Shown here piece after piece: positions 27,711 to 36,235 of a DNA stretch of 64,000 bases. The DNA is taken from IMG/VR virus record IMGVR_UViG_3300031758_000006. One strand, 5' to 3'. Source of the DNA: a virus. Under the pieces are notes generated by a model. The model worked only from the letters and a program-made list of their open reading frames with translations, was not told the origin of the DNA and searched no databases. Each line of letters begins with the position of its first letter. Within the stretch, counting starts at the first letter, position 1. The position numbers and the translations under genes are program-made.

Positions 27711-28409
27711 ATGAGATTAATAAACAAAAATTCTAGAAGAGGTGTTGTTAACTTATTTTCAGAATTTGTATTATCCAAAATAAATAAAACAGAAAATTCC
27801 ATAATTCAGGTTACCGACTGTGGACCTTTTTTCGTTGTTAATGGTTTAACGACTAGTTTGTCAATTTTGGATTTAAACAAAGTAAGGGATGAGTTTGTCG
27901 ACTGGTTTAGTGAGGTATTAACCGATGTTGATATCGAAACCATAAATATAATCGATCTGATTAAGTATGGTGAAAAAATAAAGAATATTGAACGTGGGTG
28001 GGTTAAGGTAAATAGGTCACTGTACGTTGAGGAACCGGAACCGGTATCTGAAGTATCAGTAAGTTCTGAATTCCCGTATGGTCACAGTTTAAATTGTGGT
28101 CGATTAATGGTTTATTATTCCCACTACATTTTCAACCACTGTTACAGTTCAATTGGTACCGATGAGGTGTATTTTTATTTTACAAAAGAACTAGATGAGG
28201 ATGATGATTTTAAAATTAGGGTCATCACAAGTAAAGGTGATAAAGTTGACCATAGAGTTAAGTCGATGATACTGGACGTATTTGATTTTAATCTGGAAGA
28301 GTTTAGTAGTAAACTAACTAAGTATGATTTAATACATGATGTACTAGATCCAAATAAATCCAAACCTTACCTGATCCAAGACAGATTAAAAGATACTATT
28401 TTATTTTAA
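27711..28409 (+). CDS. Hypothetical protein, weak resemblance to a degenerate MetK fold
   Basis: Faint motif echoes only; TATTTAT at 27665-27671. Confidence 0.5.
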   Translation: MRLINKNSRRGVVNLFSEFVLSKINKTENSIIQVTDCGPFFVVNGLTTSLSILDLNKVRDEFVDWFSEVLTDVDIETINIIDLIKYGEKIKNIERGWVKVNRSLYVEEPEPVSEVSVSSEFPYGHSLNCGRLMVYYSHYIFNHCYSSIGTDEVYFYFTKELDEDDDFKIRVITSKGDKVDHRVKSMILDVFDFNLEEFSSKLTKYDLIHDVLDPNKSKPYLIQDRLKDTILF

Positions 28410-28412
28410 AAA

Positions 28413-28445
28413 CGAAACCCCCATTTTAAGTGGGGGTTTTTTTAT
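28413..28445. terminator. Bidirectional terminator
   Basis: AAACCCCCA-TTTTAAG-TGGGGGTTT between convergent genes. Confidence 0.8.
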
Positions 28446-28729
28446 TTTTCAAAAAATTCTTTGATTATACCGACACCATCTTCCAGGTCGTCAAAATCCC
28501 TTTCGGGAGCGTATAAATTTGTACTAGGTTCTTCACTTTCCGGGGATTCAATCAACATAAACGCTGGAACAAATTCATTCTGTGTGACTTCCACAAACAT
28601 ATCATATTCTTCCTTGTGTTTATTTATATCCCTATCATAATAAGTGATGTTCTCTTTATCCAACATTTCTTTTAACATGTGACAATATGGACAAGATTCC
28701 ATAGTGAATAAAATAACTACCTTATCCAT
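28442..28729 (-). CDS. Glutaredoxin-like protein
   Basis: CPYC active site; VPAF. Confidence 0.85.
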   Translation of the reverse strand: MDKVVILFTMESCPYCHMLKEMLDKENITYYDRDINKHKEEYDMFVEVTQNEFVPAFMLIESPESEEPSTNLYAPERDFDDLEDGVGIIKEFFEK

Positions 28730-29036
28730 TTATCAATTCGTTTACCATTCCGTTTATTTGTGACTCATTTAACACACCAACCTTGGTGTCAATGTTTTCA
28801 CCTGAGTTAAATACTTTGGTTGTTGGGATACTACGAATACCAAGTGACATAGCTATCTCACGATTCAAATCCACATTCATTGTAAACATGTGAACATCTG
28901 TTTTATTTTCTGATGATACCTTTTCAAATATTGGTTTCATCATTCTACATGGTCCACACCATTCAGCCCAGAATTCAACTATGATTTTTTCACCAGAGTT
29001 TATTTTTTCCTGTAAGTCAACGCTACTAATTTCCAT
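28722..29036 (-). CDS. trxA: Thioredoxin
   Basis: FWAEWCGPCR; GIRSIPT. Confidence 0.92.
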   Translation of the reverse strand: MEISSVDLQEKINSGEKIIVEFWAEWCGPCRMMKPIFEKVSSENKTDVHMFTMNVDLNREIAMSLGIRSIPTTKVFNSGENIDTKVGVLNESQINGMVNELING

Positions 29037-29037
29037 T

Positions 29038-29358
29038 TTATTTTAATTTTGTTAAATTTTTAATGAAGAGACTAACCTCATCAAATTGATCAGTTCTATA
29101 AATAATCTTCATTTGATAAATATCCTCATCTCTACTTTTGGATAAATATATTAGAAACCCGGATGGTGATATAAACGAAGCTTCATCGTGATACATGGTA
29201 CCGTTTAAAGAATATCCATCGAGATGTTTAATGGTATATTTTCTTTCCATCAACATAACTGGAGTTATTTTAACTGGATCTAAGTAATGTATTACAGAAT
29301 GTACCTTACCAGTATTCTCCTCAAGTTTTTTAATGAATTCTTCTTCTCGTTTAAACAT
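29038..29358 (-). CDS. Hypothetical protein
   Basis: Operon-packed ORF. Confidence 0.7.
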   Translation of the reverse strand: MFKREEEFIKKLEENTGKVHSVIHYLDPVKITPVMLMERKYTIKHLDGYSLNGTMYHDEASFISPSGFLIYLSKSRDEDIYQMKIIYRTDQFDEVSLFIKNLTKLK

Positions 29359-29370
29359 TGTATTCGATTA

Positions 29371-29398
29371 AAGGTGGGGGGTTTTACCCCCCCACTTA
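29371..29398. terminator. GC-rich hairpin, probable terminator
   Basis: GTGGGGGG-TTTTA-CCCCCCAC-type stem. Confidence 0.55.
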
Positions 29399-29401
29399 TA
29401 T

Positions 29402-30157
29402 TTAAATCATTTCCTCAGCGGTTTCCCAGAGTTTTGTGTTTATGTGATTGTTCTGTAAGATATTTTTAATACCTCTAAGTTTGGTTCGTCGACCGGAGTT
29501 TGACTTATATCCAACCCCACCACGAACAAACTTCTCCTGAACAACATTGAACACCTTCCAAAGATCATCACCTTCGTCCTCAGATCTATTTGGTGTTAAC
29601 AAGTCCATAATATCCAAGTCTGTCGGTTTTGATCCGGTATTCCATCTAAATTTAGATGATTTCATAGCAAAGTCAATCTTTTCTTCTAGAGTTAATTCTC
29701 TTTCCATCATTCTATCAATTGACTGTTGGATTCTAGGTAGTCTTTTGGAGAAGCTCTCAGTTAACTTTTTAACATCATCGAACTCAAACCCTGTATGTCT
29801 AACGTCAAATCTGTCAGCTACTGAGGTGGGTACAATCAATCCGTTACTACAAACTAATCGGTGTAGTCCAGATGTAATTGATAGAGCGGACATACCGTTG
29901 TGTGAGTTTCTAATCACAGCTTCAACAAGGGTATCACCAACTTTAGGTAATTCACCATTTCGAAGTCTTAACTCATGTAGGGAATGAATTCCTCGACCAC
30001 TTTGTTTAACTGAAGATACTTTCCACCCTTCACGATCAAAAAATTCAATGATTTGATCTGTCGGTACAAATTTGTATCGACTTGTCATTTTTGGTGACGC
30101 TGATGTAGCGAATACTGATGGAGCTACTTGTTTGATTAATTCTGGGGTGTAGATCAT
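29402..30157 (-). CDS. DUF932/DUF945-family protein
   Basis: PSVFA, RY.FVPT, NSHNG, GL.RLVCSNGL. Confidence 0.8.
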   Translation of the reverse strand: MIYTPELIKQVAPSVFATSASPKMTSRYKFVPTDQIIEFFDREGWKVSSVKQSGRGIHSLHELRLRNGELPKVGDTLVEAVIRNSHNGMSALSITSGLHRLVCSNGLIVPTSVADRFDVRHTGFEFDDVKKLTESFSKRLPRIQQSIDRMMERELTLEEKIDFAMKSSKFRWNTGSKPTDLDIMDLLTPNRSEDEGDDLWKVFNVVQEKFVRGGVGYKSNSGRRTKLRGIKNILQNNHINTKLWETAEEMI

Positions 30158-30184
30158 GTTATTTAATTTAGATTAATAATAACA

Positions 30185-30215
30185 CAAATATAAGGGTTTT
30201 TTTGGTATAAACAAA
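30185..30215 (-). promoter_or_regulatory. Bacteroidota-type -33/-7 promoter
   Basis: TTTG-N19-TATATTTG. Confidence 0.75.
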
Positions 30216-30225
30216 TTTTTTTAAA

Positions 30226-30510
30226 TTAATTCATTATTATATCACCAAATTTTGTTTTCATTACCAGTTTACTAACCTCAGAATGGTCATTAATTTGTGG
30301 TATTTTCATTTCAACAACGATATTAATAATTTGTTCCCTGGTTAAAATTATATCCAAACCTTTTTTGTGGTTATCTTCCGATTTTTCCCTCAATTTTGTG
30401 TAAAATTCCTCTTTCTGGATTTCACCAATTAGTATTAATAGGTCATTTGGGTTAGTTTCAAAGAACCTAATTAGATTTGAGATATAAATCTCGATGTCTA
30501 CGTTTTTCAT
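30226..30510 (-). CDS. Hypothetical protein
   Basis: Operon-packed ORF. Confidence 0.7.
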   Translation of the reverse strand: MKNVDIEIYISNLIRFFETNPNDLLILIGEIQKEEFYTKLREKSEDNHKKGLDIILTREQIINIVVEMKIPQINDHSEVSKLVMKTKFGDIIMN

Positions 30511-30516
30511 ATATAA

Positions 30517-32601
30517 TTAAAAGTCAAAGGTTGCTGGACAGTGTTGTTTCATCTCTGGTGGGAAATTAGGTTGTACATAACCCATAAATTCATCCTCAAT
30601 AAAATATTGTTTAGCTGATTCAGGTATACTATTTTCATCAATCCCGGATCCGGATGTTGATAAAAACTCCAAACAAGTTAAATTAACAATTGATTTTGGT
30701 AGTTTTGTCAATCTAGGACAATTCAATAAGTTTAAGAAAACTAAAAACTTACATTGTCCGATAGCTTCTGGAATTGATTTGATATAATTGTCAACAATTA
30801 ACATTTGTAAGTTGGTAAATTGAGCTATCTCGTTTGGTAAATCAAGATATAGGGATCCCTTACTTGTATTCTCAAGTGAAACATATGTTATTTTGGTTTT
30901 ATCTTTAACACTAGCAAATAATTTTTCCAATCCAAATATAGCGGAAAATTTAGCGTTAATGTTTGATGGGTAACTTATTTCTAAAGATGATCCACCAAAT
31001 TGTTCGTCAATACCAAATTCAATTTCCTTTGTGTATATTTCTCTAATTTTTTCTTTGTGTTTTTTCATTAACGGACTATTGATGAGAGCGATATCTAACT
31101 CGGTTAATTCCTTTAATGATTTATTTTCAAATTGTTTTACTTTTTCTCTCAAATAATAAGCGACTACATCTGGTTCTGAATCCTGAACCATTTGAGCGTT
31201 TAACGGTAAACTTAAACCAATGTATTTCTTTTTAAGTTCTGGTGTTAGATTCTTGTAAATTTCAGAACCACCACTTCTATTACTCAAATCTGGACCAACC
31301 AATTCTAACCACAATTCAGCTTCAGCTTCAGACCCTAATTCTTTAATAGCGTCAGTACTAACTCTAGCACTCTCAATTCTATTCATATGTTCCCTATCCT
31401 CATCACTAATTGGTAATGGTTTAAATAAATCCTCCTTACCTTTTAGTAGTGGGAACTTTTCGGTGATTTCATTCCAACTAACTGTTTGACCTCCGGACCA
31501 TCGTCCTGAGTTAGTAGCGTCAGCCAATCTTTTATCACCATATCTATCAACAAGGACAACACCAGCGTGATTTGGGTGTGTTCTATAGTTTGCTGGTTGT
31601 GTTAAATCAATTACGTAATATAACGTTAAATTTTGTTTTAATCTGTAATTGTAATAGTAGTTACCCGCTCTATCCCAGGATGTACACCAACTTGAGTTAG
31701 GTGCGTATTTTTTTCTAATTCTGATACATTCATTTTTTATTGTTGGTAAAAATACTAATAATTCATCATCTTCATATATTGTTTTGATATCATCCAGGTC
31801 AATACCTACTTTCGTTTCATCCTCTTCGTCCACAGGTAAAGCATCAACAATATGTTCGAATTCATCAAATGTCATTAACATTAACGGTTTAGTGTTGAAT
31901 GGTATTTTTGAATAAGCGGTGGCGTAAGCTTCAAGTCTTGGTAAGACAATTTCAGGGGTTAATTCTGGATTTTCAGTTGCGAATTTTTTCCAACCAACAC
32001 TAACCACAATCTCTTTAAACTTATCGTTTAATACCTGTTGTAGTCTTTCTTTTGGCATTTTAAGTATCTGTGATGATACTCTAGGATCCATTTGTTCAAG
32101 ATCTTTTATTTTTCTCTTCATGACCATTAATGGTACGAATTGGTTTTGTATCAGATCATTTAGATCAACATCGGTATAATTTAAAATATTTTGTTCTTTT
32201 GCTGGTAATACGTCTTTAACCATATCGAAAGCTTTAAAATTAGCCTTAACTTGATTAATATCCGCTCCTTTATTTTTGTCCATAAAAGCTTTAAAAGTTT
32301 CTGTAGACGCTTTTTTAGCTTCTTGTTTTTTCTTATACTCCTCTACTGTTGTTTTTAAATCGTTATATGTGTATTGTACGATATCTCTTCTATCCGGTGG
32401 AAAAGCTTGTTTAAATCTTTCAAAATCTGAAATGAGTTCTCTAACATAATCCTCAGTTGGTGGGTTTGGGTCCCCCTCTGTCTCACCACTAAATTTATCA
32501 ATCATTTGTTTGATAACTTTTTCAGACATAGCTTCCGATAAAAGATCTTTTCTTTTAATATTTTTAACTACCGTTTCGGATAATATCTTTATTAACTCCA
32601 T
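30517..32601 (-). CDS. Multidomain protein: LSE leader, WCT domain, C-terminal leucine-rich repeats
   Basis: ILSET/LLSEA; IYED...SSWCTSW; LPNEIAQFTNL..IPEAIGQCKFL..LPKSIVNLTCL; TATTTAT at 32617-32623. Confidence 0.7.
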   Translation of the reverse strand: MELIKILSETVVKNIKRKDLLSEAMSEKVIKQMIDKFSGETEGDPNPPTEDYVRELISDFERFKQAFPPDRRDIVQYTYNDLKTTVEEYKKKQEAKKASTETFKAFMDKNKGADINQVKANFKAFDMVKDVLPAKEQNILNYTDVDLNDLIQNQFVPLMVMKRKIKDLEQMDPRVSSQILKMPKERLQQVLNDKFKEIVVSVGWKKFATENPELTPEIVLPRLEAYATAYSKIPFNTKPLMLMTFDEFEHIVDALPVDEEDETKVGIDLDDIKTIYEDDELLVFLPTIKNECIRIRKKYAPNSSWCTSWDRAGNYYYNYRLKQNLTLYYVIDLTQPANYRTHPNHAGVVLVDRYGDKRLADATNSGRWSGGQTVSWNEITEKFPLLKGKEDLFKPLPISDEDREHMNRIESARVSTDAIKELGSEAEAELWLELVGPDLSNRSGGSEIYKNLTPELKKKYIGLSLPLNAQMVQDSEPDVVAYYLREKVKQFENKSLKELTELDIALINSPLMKKHKEKIREIYTKEIEFGIDEQFGGSSLEISYPSNINAKFSAIFGLEKLFASVKDKTKITYVSLENTSKGSLYLDLPNEIAQFTNLQMLIVDNYIKSIPEAIGQCKFLVFLNLLNCPRLTKLPKSIVNLTCLEFLSTSGSGIDENSIPESAKQYFIEDEFMGYVQPNFPPEMKQHCPATFDF

Positions 32602-32683
32602 GTTCGTATTTTATCAATAAATATGTTAATAATAACCTTTTTTTATTTATTTGTCAATTTAATGTATTTATTTTTAGTAAAAA

Positions 32684-32845
32684 ATGATAGAAATGAAGAA
32701 AGCTACGGAAGTCAATGGATGTCGTAAATGTAATAAAGGATTTACAAAAACTCAAATAGGTATTGTTATAGTTTCCGGATATATTTTATTATCCTCAATA
32801 TATGGTACAGTAATGTTGTTTAAGACCCTATTGGAGATGTTTTAA
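32684..32845 (+). CDS. 53-aa CxxC plus single-TM membrane protein (not in ORF track)
   Basis: MIEMKKATEVNGCRKCNKG...IGIVIVSGYILLSSIYGTVMLF; TATTTAT at 32665-32671. Confidence 0.65.
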   Translation: MIEMKKATEVNGCRKCNKGFTKTQIGIVIVSGYILLSSIYGTVMLFKTLLEMF

Positions 32846-33759
32846 GTCCTTGTGAACTTAAGTATTAAGTTTACTACCAAATCACCCTGTGGTTGTTGTT
32901 TAAACCCCTTATTTTTAACTCTTAGAGCTTTTGAGGTGTCGATTGTGTCTGGAAATTTTATTGACATGTCACCATCCGGGTGTGGTACAATAAAATCATC
33001 TTTTTGGATTTCATCTAAATTTAATACTTTATTGTAAATTAGGTTATTTGAAATCTTTTCGAACCCATTTTCGGGTGTTATTTGTACTCTAACCACCAAG
33101 TCACCGTACACTCCGTTTCTAAAATCACCAGACCCCTGTACTTTAACAAATTGACCATCGTCAATTCCGTGTGGTAATTTTATGTCAATTGTTTTTATCT
33201 CATCTTTATCACCAGTACCGTGACAAACGTGACAAGCGTTTTTAATAATCTTACCAGAGCCTCGACAAGTATTACATGTCATAGATACCATTTGAATAAA
33301 CATACCACTCCCCATTTGTCTAATGACGTTTCCGGAACCCCCACATTCGTGACAAACTAATTTATCACCTCCAGTTCCATTACATGGGTCACATTTTGAT
33401 TTTCGTTTAAAATTTAATTGTTTTACTTTACCTAAATAGGATTCTAATGTTCCAACGGTAACTGTGATTACAGTACTATGTACTTGTTGTCTTCGATTAC
33501 CCCTATTAAACATATTAAACATTTCATCGAAACCAGGAAAACCACCACCAAACGGATTTTGTCTGGACATGTCATATTGGTTCCTTTTTTGTTCATCACC
33601 AAGAATATCGTAAGCTACTGATATTTTTTTAAACTCTTCCTCACTACCACCAACATCTGGATGTTTTTCCTTAGCTAACTTTTTATAGGTTTTTTTTATC
33701 TCATCTTGTGTCGCTTTTTCACTAACACCTAAAATATCATAATAGTTTTCTGTATTCAT
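32842..33759 (-). CDS. dnaJ: DnaJ chaperone
   Basis: J domain YYDILGV..HPD, G/F-rich linker, four CxxCxGxG repeats. Confidence 0.95.
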   Translation of the reverse strand: MNTENYYDILGVSEKATQDEIKKTYKKLAKEKHPDVGGSEEEFKKISVAYDILGDEQKRNQYDMSRQNPFGGGFPGFDEMFNMFNRGNRRQQVHSTVITVTVGTLESYLGKVKQLNFKRKSKCDPCNGTGGDKLVCHECGGSGNVIRQMGSGMFIQMVSMTCNTCRGSGKIIKNACHVCHGTGDKDEIKTIDIKLPHGIDDGQFVKVQGSGDFRNGVYGDLVVRVQITPENGFEKISNNLIYNKVLNLDEIQKDDFIVPHPDGDMSIKFPDTIDTSKALRVKNKGFKQQPQGDLVVNLILKFTRT

Positions 33760-33788
33760 TTGTATTATTTATTTATTATATTTATTAC

Positions 33789-34427
33789 ATGAATTATATC
33801 GTTGTTCTCTTTAAAAATAAAGAAAGAAAGAAAATAATAAAGAAATTTAAAAGATTTGATCGTGCTAAAAAATATTATGATCAATTAATTAAAAATAATG
33901 ACGTTATATTTGAAAAGGTTGTTGAGGAGAATGTTGATTGTACTTTTGAATTGTCTTTGCTTGAATTTAAACCTGTGGATCATACTCCGGTATTCATTAG
34001 GGATGAGATTGGTAGACAGTTTAAAGCTGAGGTCGATGATCCTGAATATAAGATAATAAAAATAAATCCGTTTAAACTGGAGGAGTTAATTTATGATGTC
34101 TCAAAGAACAAAAGAATATCATTTAATAAATTCATAACTGATTATATTTCTAGTAGATCATTAAAACTAATATCAAAAATAAACAACAAAATATCTATTC
34201 AAAATGACGATACCATAAATCTTTTCACATTTAAAACTGAATCAGAATCCTTTAGATTTTTAGAGATACTCGAGAAATTTTTAATCGATTCGGGTAATAA
34301 AAATTGTGTTTTAGTTTATGACACTAGTAAGACACAAAAAAAGTATATTTATGATATATTAAGTAATATGGGTGTTAGTAAAAGGAAATTGTATCGTAAA
34401 TACACATCATTTCCCGGTAGGAAATAA
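33789..34427 (+). CDS. Hypothetical protein
   Basis: 212-aa basic ORF; TATTTAT at 33779-33785. Confidence 0.7.
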   Translation: MNYIVVLFKNKERKKIIKKFKRFDRAKKYYDQLIKNNDVIFEKVVEENVDCTFELSLLEFKPVDHTPVFIRDEIGRQFKAEVDDPEYKIIKINPFKLEELIYDVSKNKRISFNKFITDYISSRSLKLISKINNKISIQNDDTINLFTFKTESESFRFLEILEKFLIDSGNKNCVLVYDTSKTQKKYIYDILSNMGVSKRKLYRKYTSFPGRK

Positions 34428-34736
34428 TTTACGAAACCAACTTACCCTCTTAGGTTCTTCCACTGGTTCTTCTACTGGTTCCGGTTCTTCCGATTTTTCT
34501 TCTTCGTTGAAGATACTCCCATTTAGAAAGACAATTTCTGTTTCCGATATATCTATTTTAAACCTCTTAAGGTTACTGTCGAATATGTTGAATATTGTTT
34601 TAGTTTTAGCAAACTCATATTCATCCATCTCAAATATTACTGTTGACTTTGATTTTGGGAACGTTGTTTGTATTTTATCAGTAACAACTGCTAACTCCTC
34701 TAAGATTTTGTTATCACTTTCATTATTTTCTCCCAT
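34407..34736 (-). CDS. Hypothetical protein
   Basis: Operon-packed ORF. Confidence 0.65.
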   Translation of the reverse strand: MGENNESDNKILEELAVVTDKIQTTFPKSKSTVIFEMDEYEFAKTKTIFNIFDSNLKRFKIDISETEIVFLNGSIFNEEEKSEEPEPVEEPVEEPKRVSWFRKLFPTGK

Positions 34737-34912
34737 AATGTTAATTTTTTGATTTCTATTGGTTTTGGTAGAATTTCAGATCTATCCATATTTTTTATCT
34801 GTTGGATAAATTTTAACTTACTTCGTTCAAGTTCTACTTTATCTTTTTCAATCTCACTGTTAAGCCAGTCTACTTGGCTCTCCAGTTGTGTCGGCATCTT
34901 CTTCATCGTCAT
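34700..34912 (-). CDS. Hypothetical protein, start uncertain
   Basis: Overlaps both neighbours. Confidence 0.55.
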   Translation of the reverse strand: MTMKKMPTQLESQVDWLNSEIEKDKVELERSKLKFIQQIKNMDRSEILPKPIEIKKLTLWEKIMKVITKS

Positions 34913-35300
34913 CTAGTTCAATCTTTTTATTGTTTGATTCAAACAGGAACGTTAAGTTTTGTAGGTTATCAAGTCTTTGTTTTTCAAAGATACTTTTTAA
35001 CTCATCCACTTTAGAGTTAAATAACCTTTCTTTTTCTTCTTTATCTTTGTTATATTGTATGATGTGAGTTATACTGTTAATTATATCATCAACAGATTCC
35101 TCAGTAAATTCACAAACAAATGAAAAATGTCTACTTCCTTTATTTGTACTATCATTCTCAATCACATTTTTCTCGTTTACATACTTTTTAAGTATCTTCC
35201 AGGTGAGTGGGAACTCAATATCAAATGATAAATAGTTTTTGAGTTTCCTTACGGATTGGATGTATGGGTATAGATGTTGGAATTCCTTGAATAAGCTCAT
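34860..35300 (-). CDS. Hypothetical protein
   Basis: ATGA-coupled ORF. Confidence 0.7.
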   Translation of the reverse strand: MSLFKEFQHLYPYIQSVRKLKNYLSFDIEFPLTWKILKKYVNEKNVIENDSTNKGSRHFSFVCEFTEESVDDIINSITHIIQYNKDKEEKERLFNSKVDELKSIFEKQRLDNLQNLTFLFESNNKKIELDDDEEDADTTGEPSRLA

Positions 35301-35488
35301 AGTATTTTAAATAAAAATGTTATTATATATGAAAGTAATAACCCGTAAAATACTAGACCTTTGTTTCCGATGTCTAAACTTTTTGGGTTAGAACTAAACA
35401 GTGATATTAATGTGACCATTAATAACCTAAATAGTGTTAGGGTTGAAAACACAAACACGAAAAACAATATTGATTCCAACCCTAACAT
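35297..35488 (-). CDS. Small two-TM membrane protein
   Basis: Two hydrophobic helices. Confidence 0.65.
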   Translation of the reverse strand: MLGLESILFFVFVFSTLTLFRLLMVTLISLFSSNPKSLDIGNKGLVFYGLLLSYIITFLFKIL

Positions 35489-35495
35489 AATTTAT

Positions 35496-35666
35496 TTAAG
35501 CTTTTTTAGTCTCCAAAATTTCACCTCTCAACGTCTGTAATAACGCTTTCAATTCTTGTGCTGTTTTTCTAGCTCGTGTTCCAGCACTTTTATTACCACC
35601 AAAAAACTTGGTAGTATCATTGTTTAGTGACTCAGTTAATGTTTTAATTTGCTCTAAAGTTTCCAT
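35496..35666 (-). CDS. Hc1/histone-H1-like small DNA-binding protein (not in ORF track)
   Basis: METLEQIK...GNKSAGTRARKTAQELK, matching the GNKAAGTRARK signature. Confidence 0.8.
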   Translation of the reverse strand: METLEQIKTLTESLNNDTTKFFGGNKSAGTRARKTAQELKALLQTLRGEILETKKA

Positions 35667-35726
35667 TTTTAAAAAATTAATGTTTATTGATACTAATTAT
35701 AGTCATTTTTAATTTGGTTGTCAACA

Positions 35727-36191
35727 CTATATATTTAAATTTTTATCTAATGACTTGTAAATGGTGTATATCATATCCACATCTGACCGAGTAAATGGTT
35801 TTTCACGATCAAACACATCGGAGAAAAATTTACCAATAGAATCTTTCATATTTTTATTATCTTGTTTATAGTATATCTCATCAAAAAATGATTTAAAATA
35901 ATCGTAATGGTCTCCATTTTGATTAAATTCCAACCCTTCCTTGGAGAAATTATCAACGGTTTTTTTCCAACACCAATCAAAATGTTTTTGGTTATCCTCA
36001 TCCGATAAAGTTATTTTAGTTTCATTATCCACATTTTCACCTAAATAAGTATCCATCACCAAATTATATAGTGAAATTGTGAAATCATAATATAACTCCA
36101 GTTTTTCCGGTATTATATTATTAGCGTTAAACCAGATGTCAACTTCATCTTGATCTAAATTTTTCGATAAGTAATTAAAAAAATTCTCCAT
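35727..36191 (-). CDS. Hypothetical protein
   Basis: 154-aa ORF whose ATG lies in a 12-bp hairpin. Confidence 0.75.
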   Translation of the reverse strand: MENFFNYLSKNLDQDEVDIWFNANNIIPEKLELYYDFTISLYNLVMDTYLGENVDNETKITLSDEDNQKHFDWCWKKTVDNFSKEGLEFNQNGDHYDYFKSFFDEIYYKQDNKNMKDSIGKFFSDVFDREKPFTRSDVDMIYTIYKSLDKNLNI

Positions 36192-36210
36192 AGGGTATCT
36201 ATGGAGAATT
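36182..36210 (-). terminator. Perfect 12-bp hairpin with T tail overlapping a start codon
   Basis: AATTCTCCATAG-ATACC-CTATGGAGAATT followed by TTTTT. Confidence 0.55.
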
Positions 36211-36235
36211 ATAATAAAAGATATGTAAATGTAAA

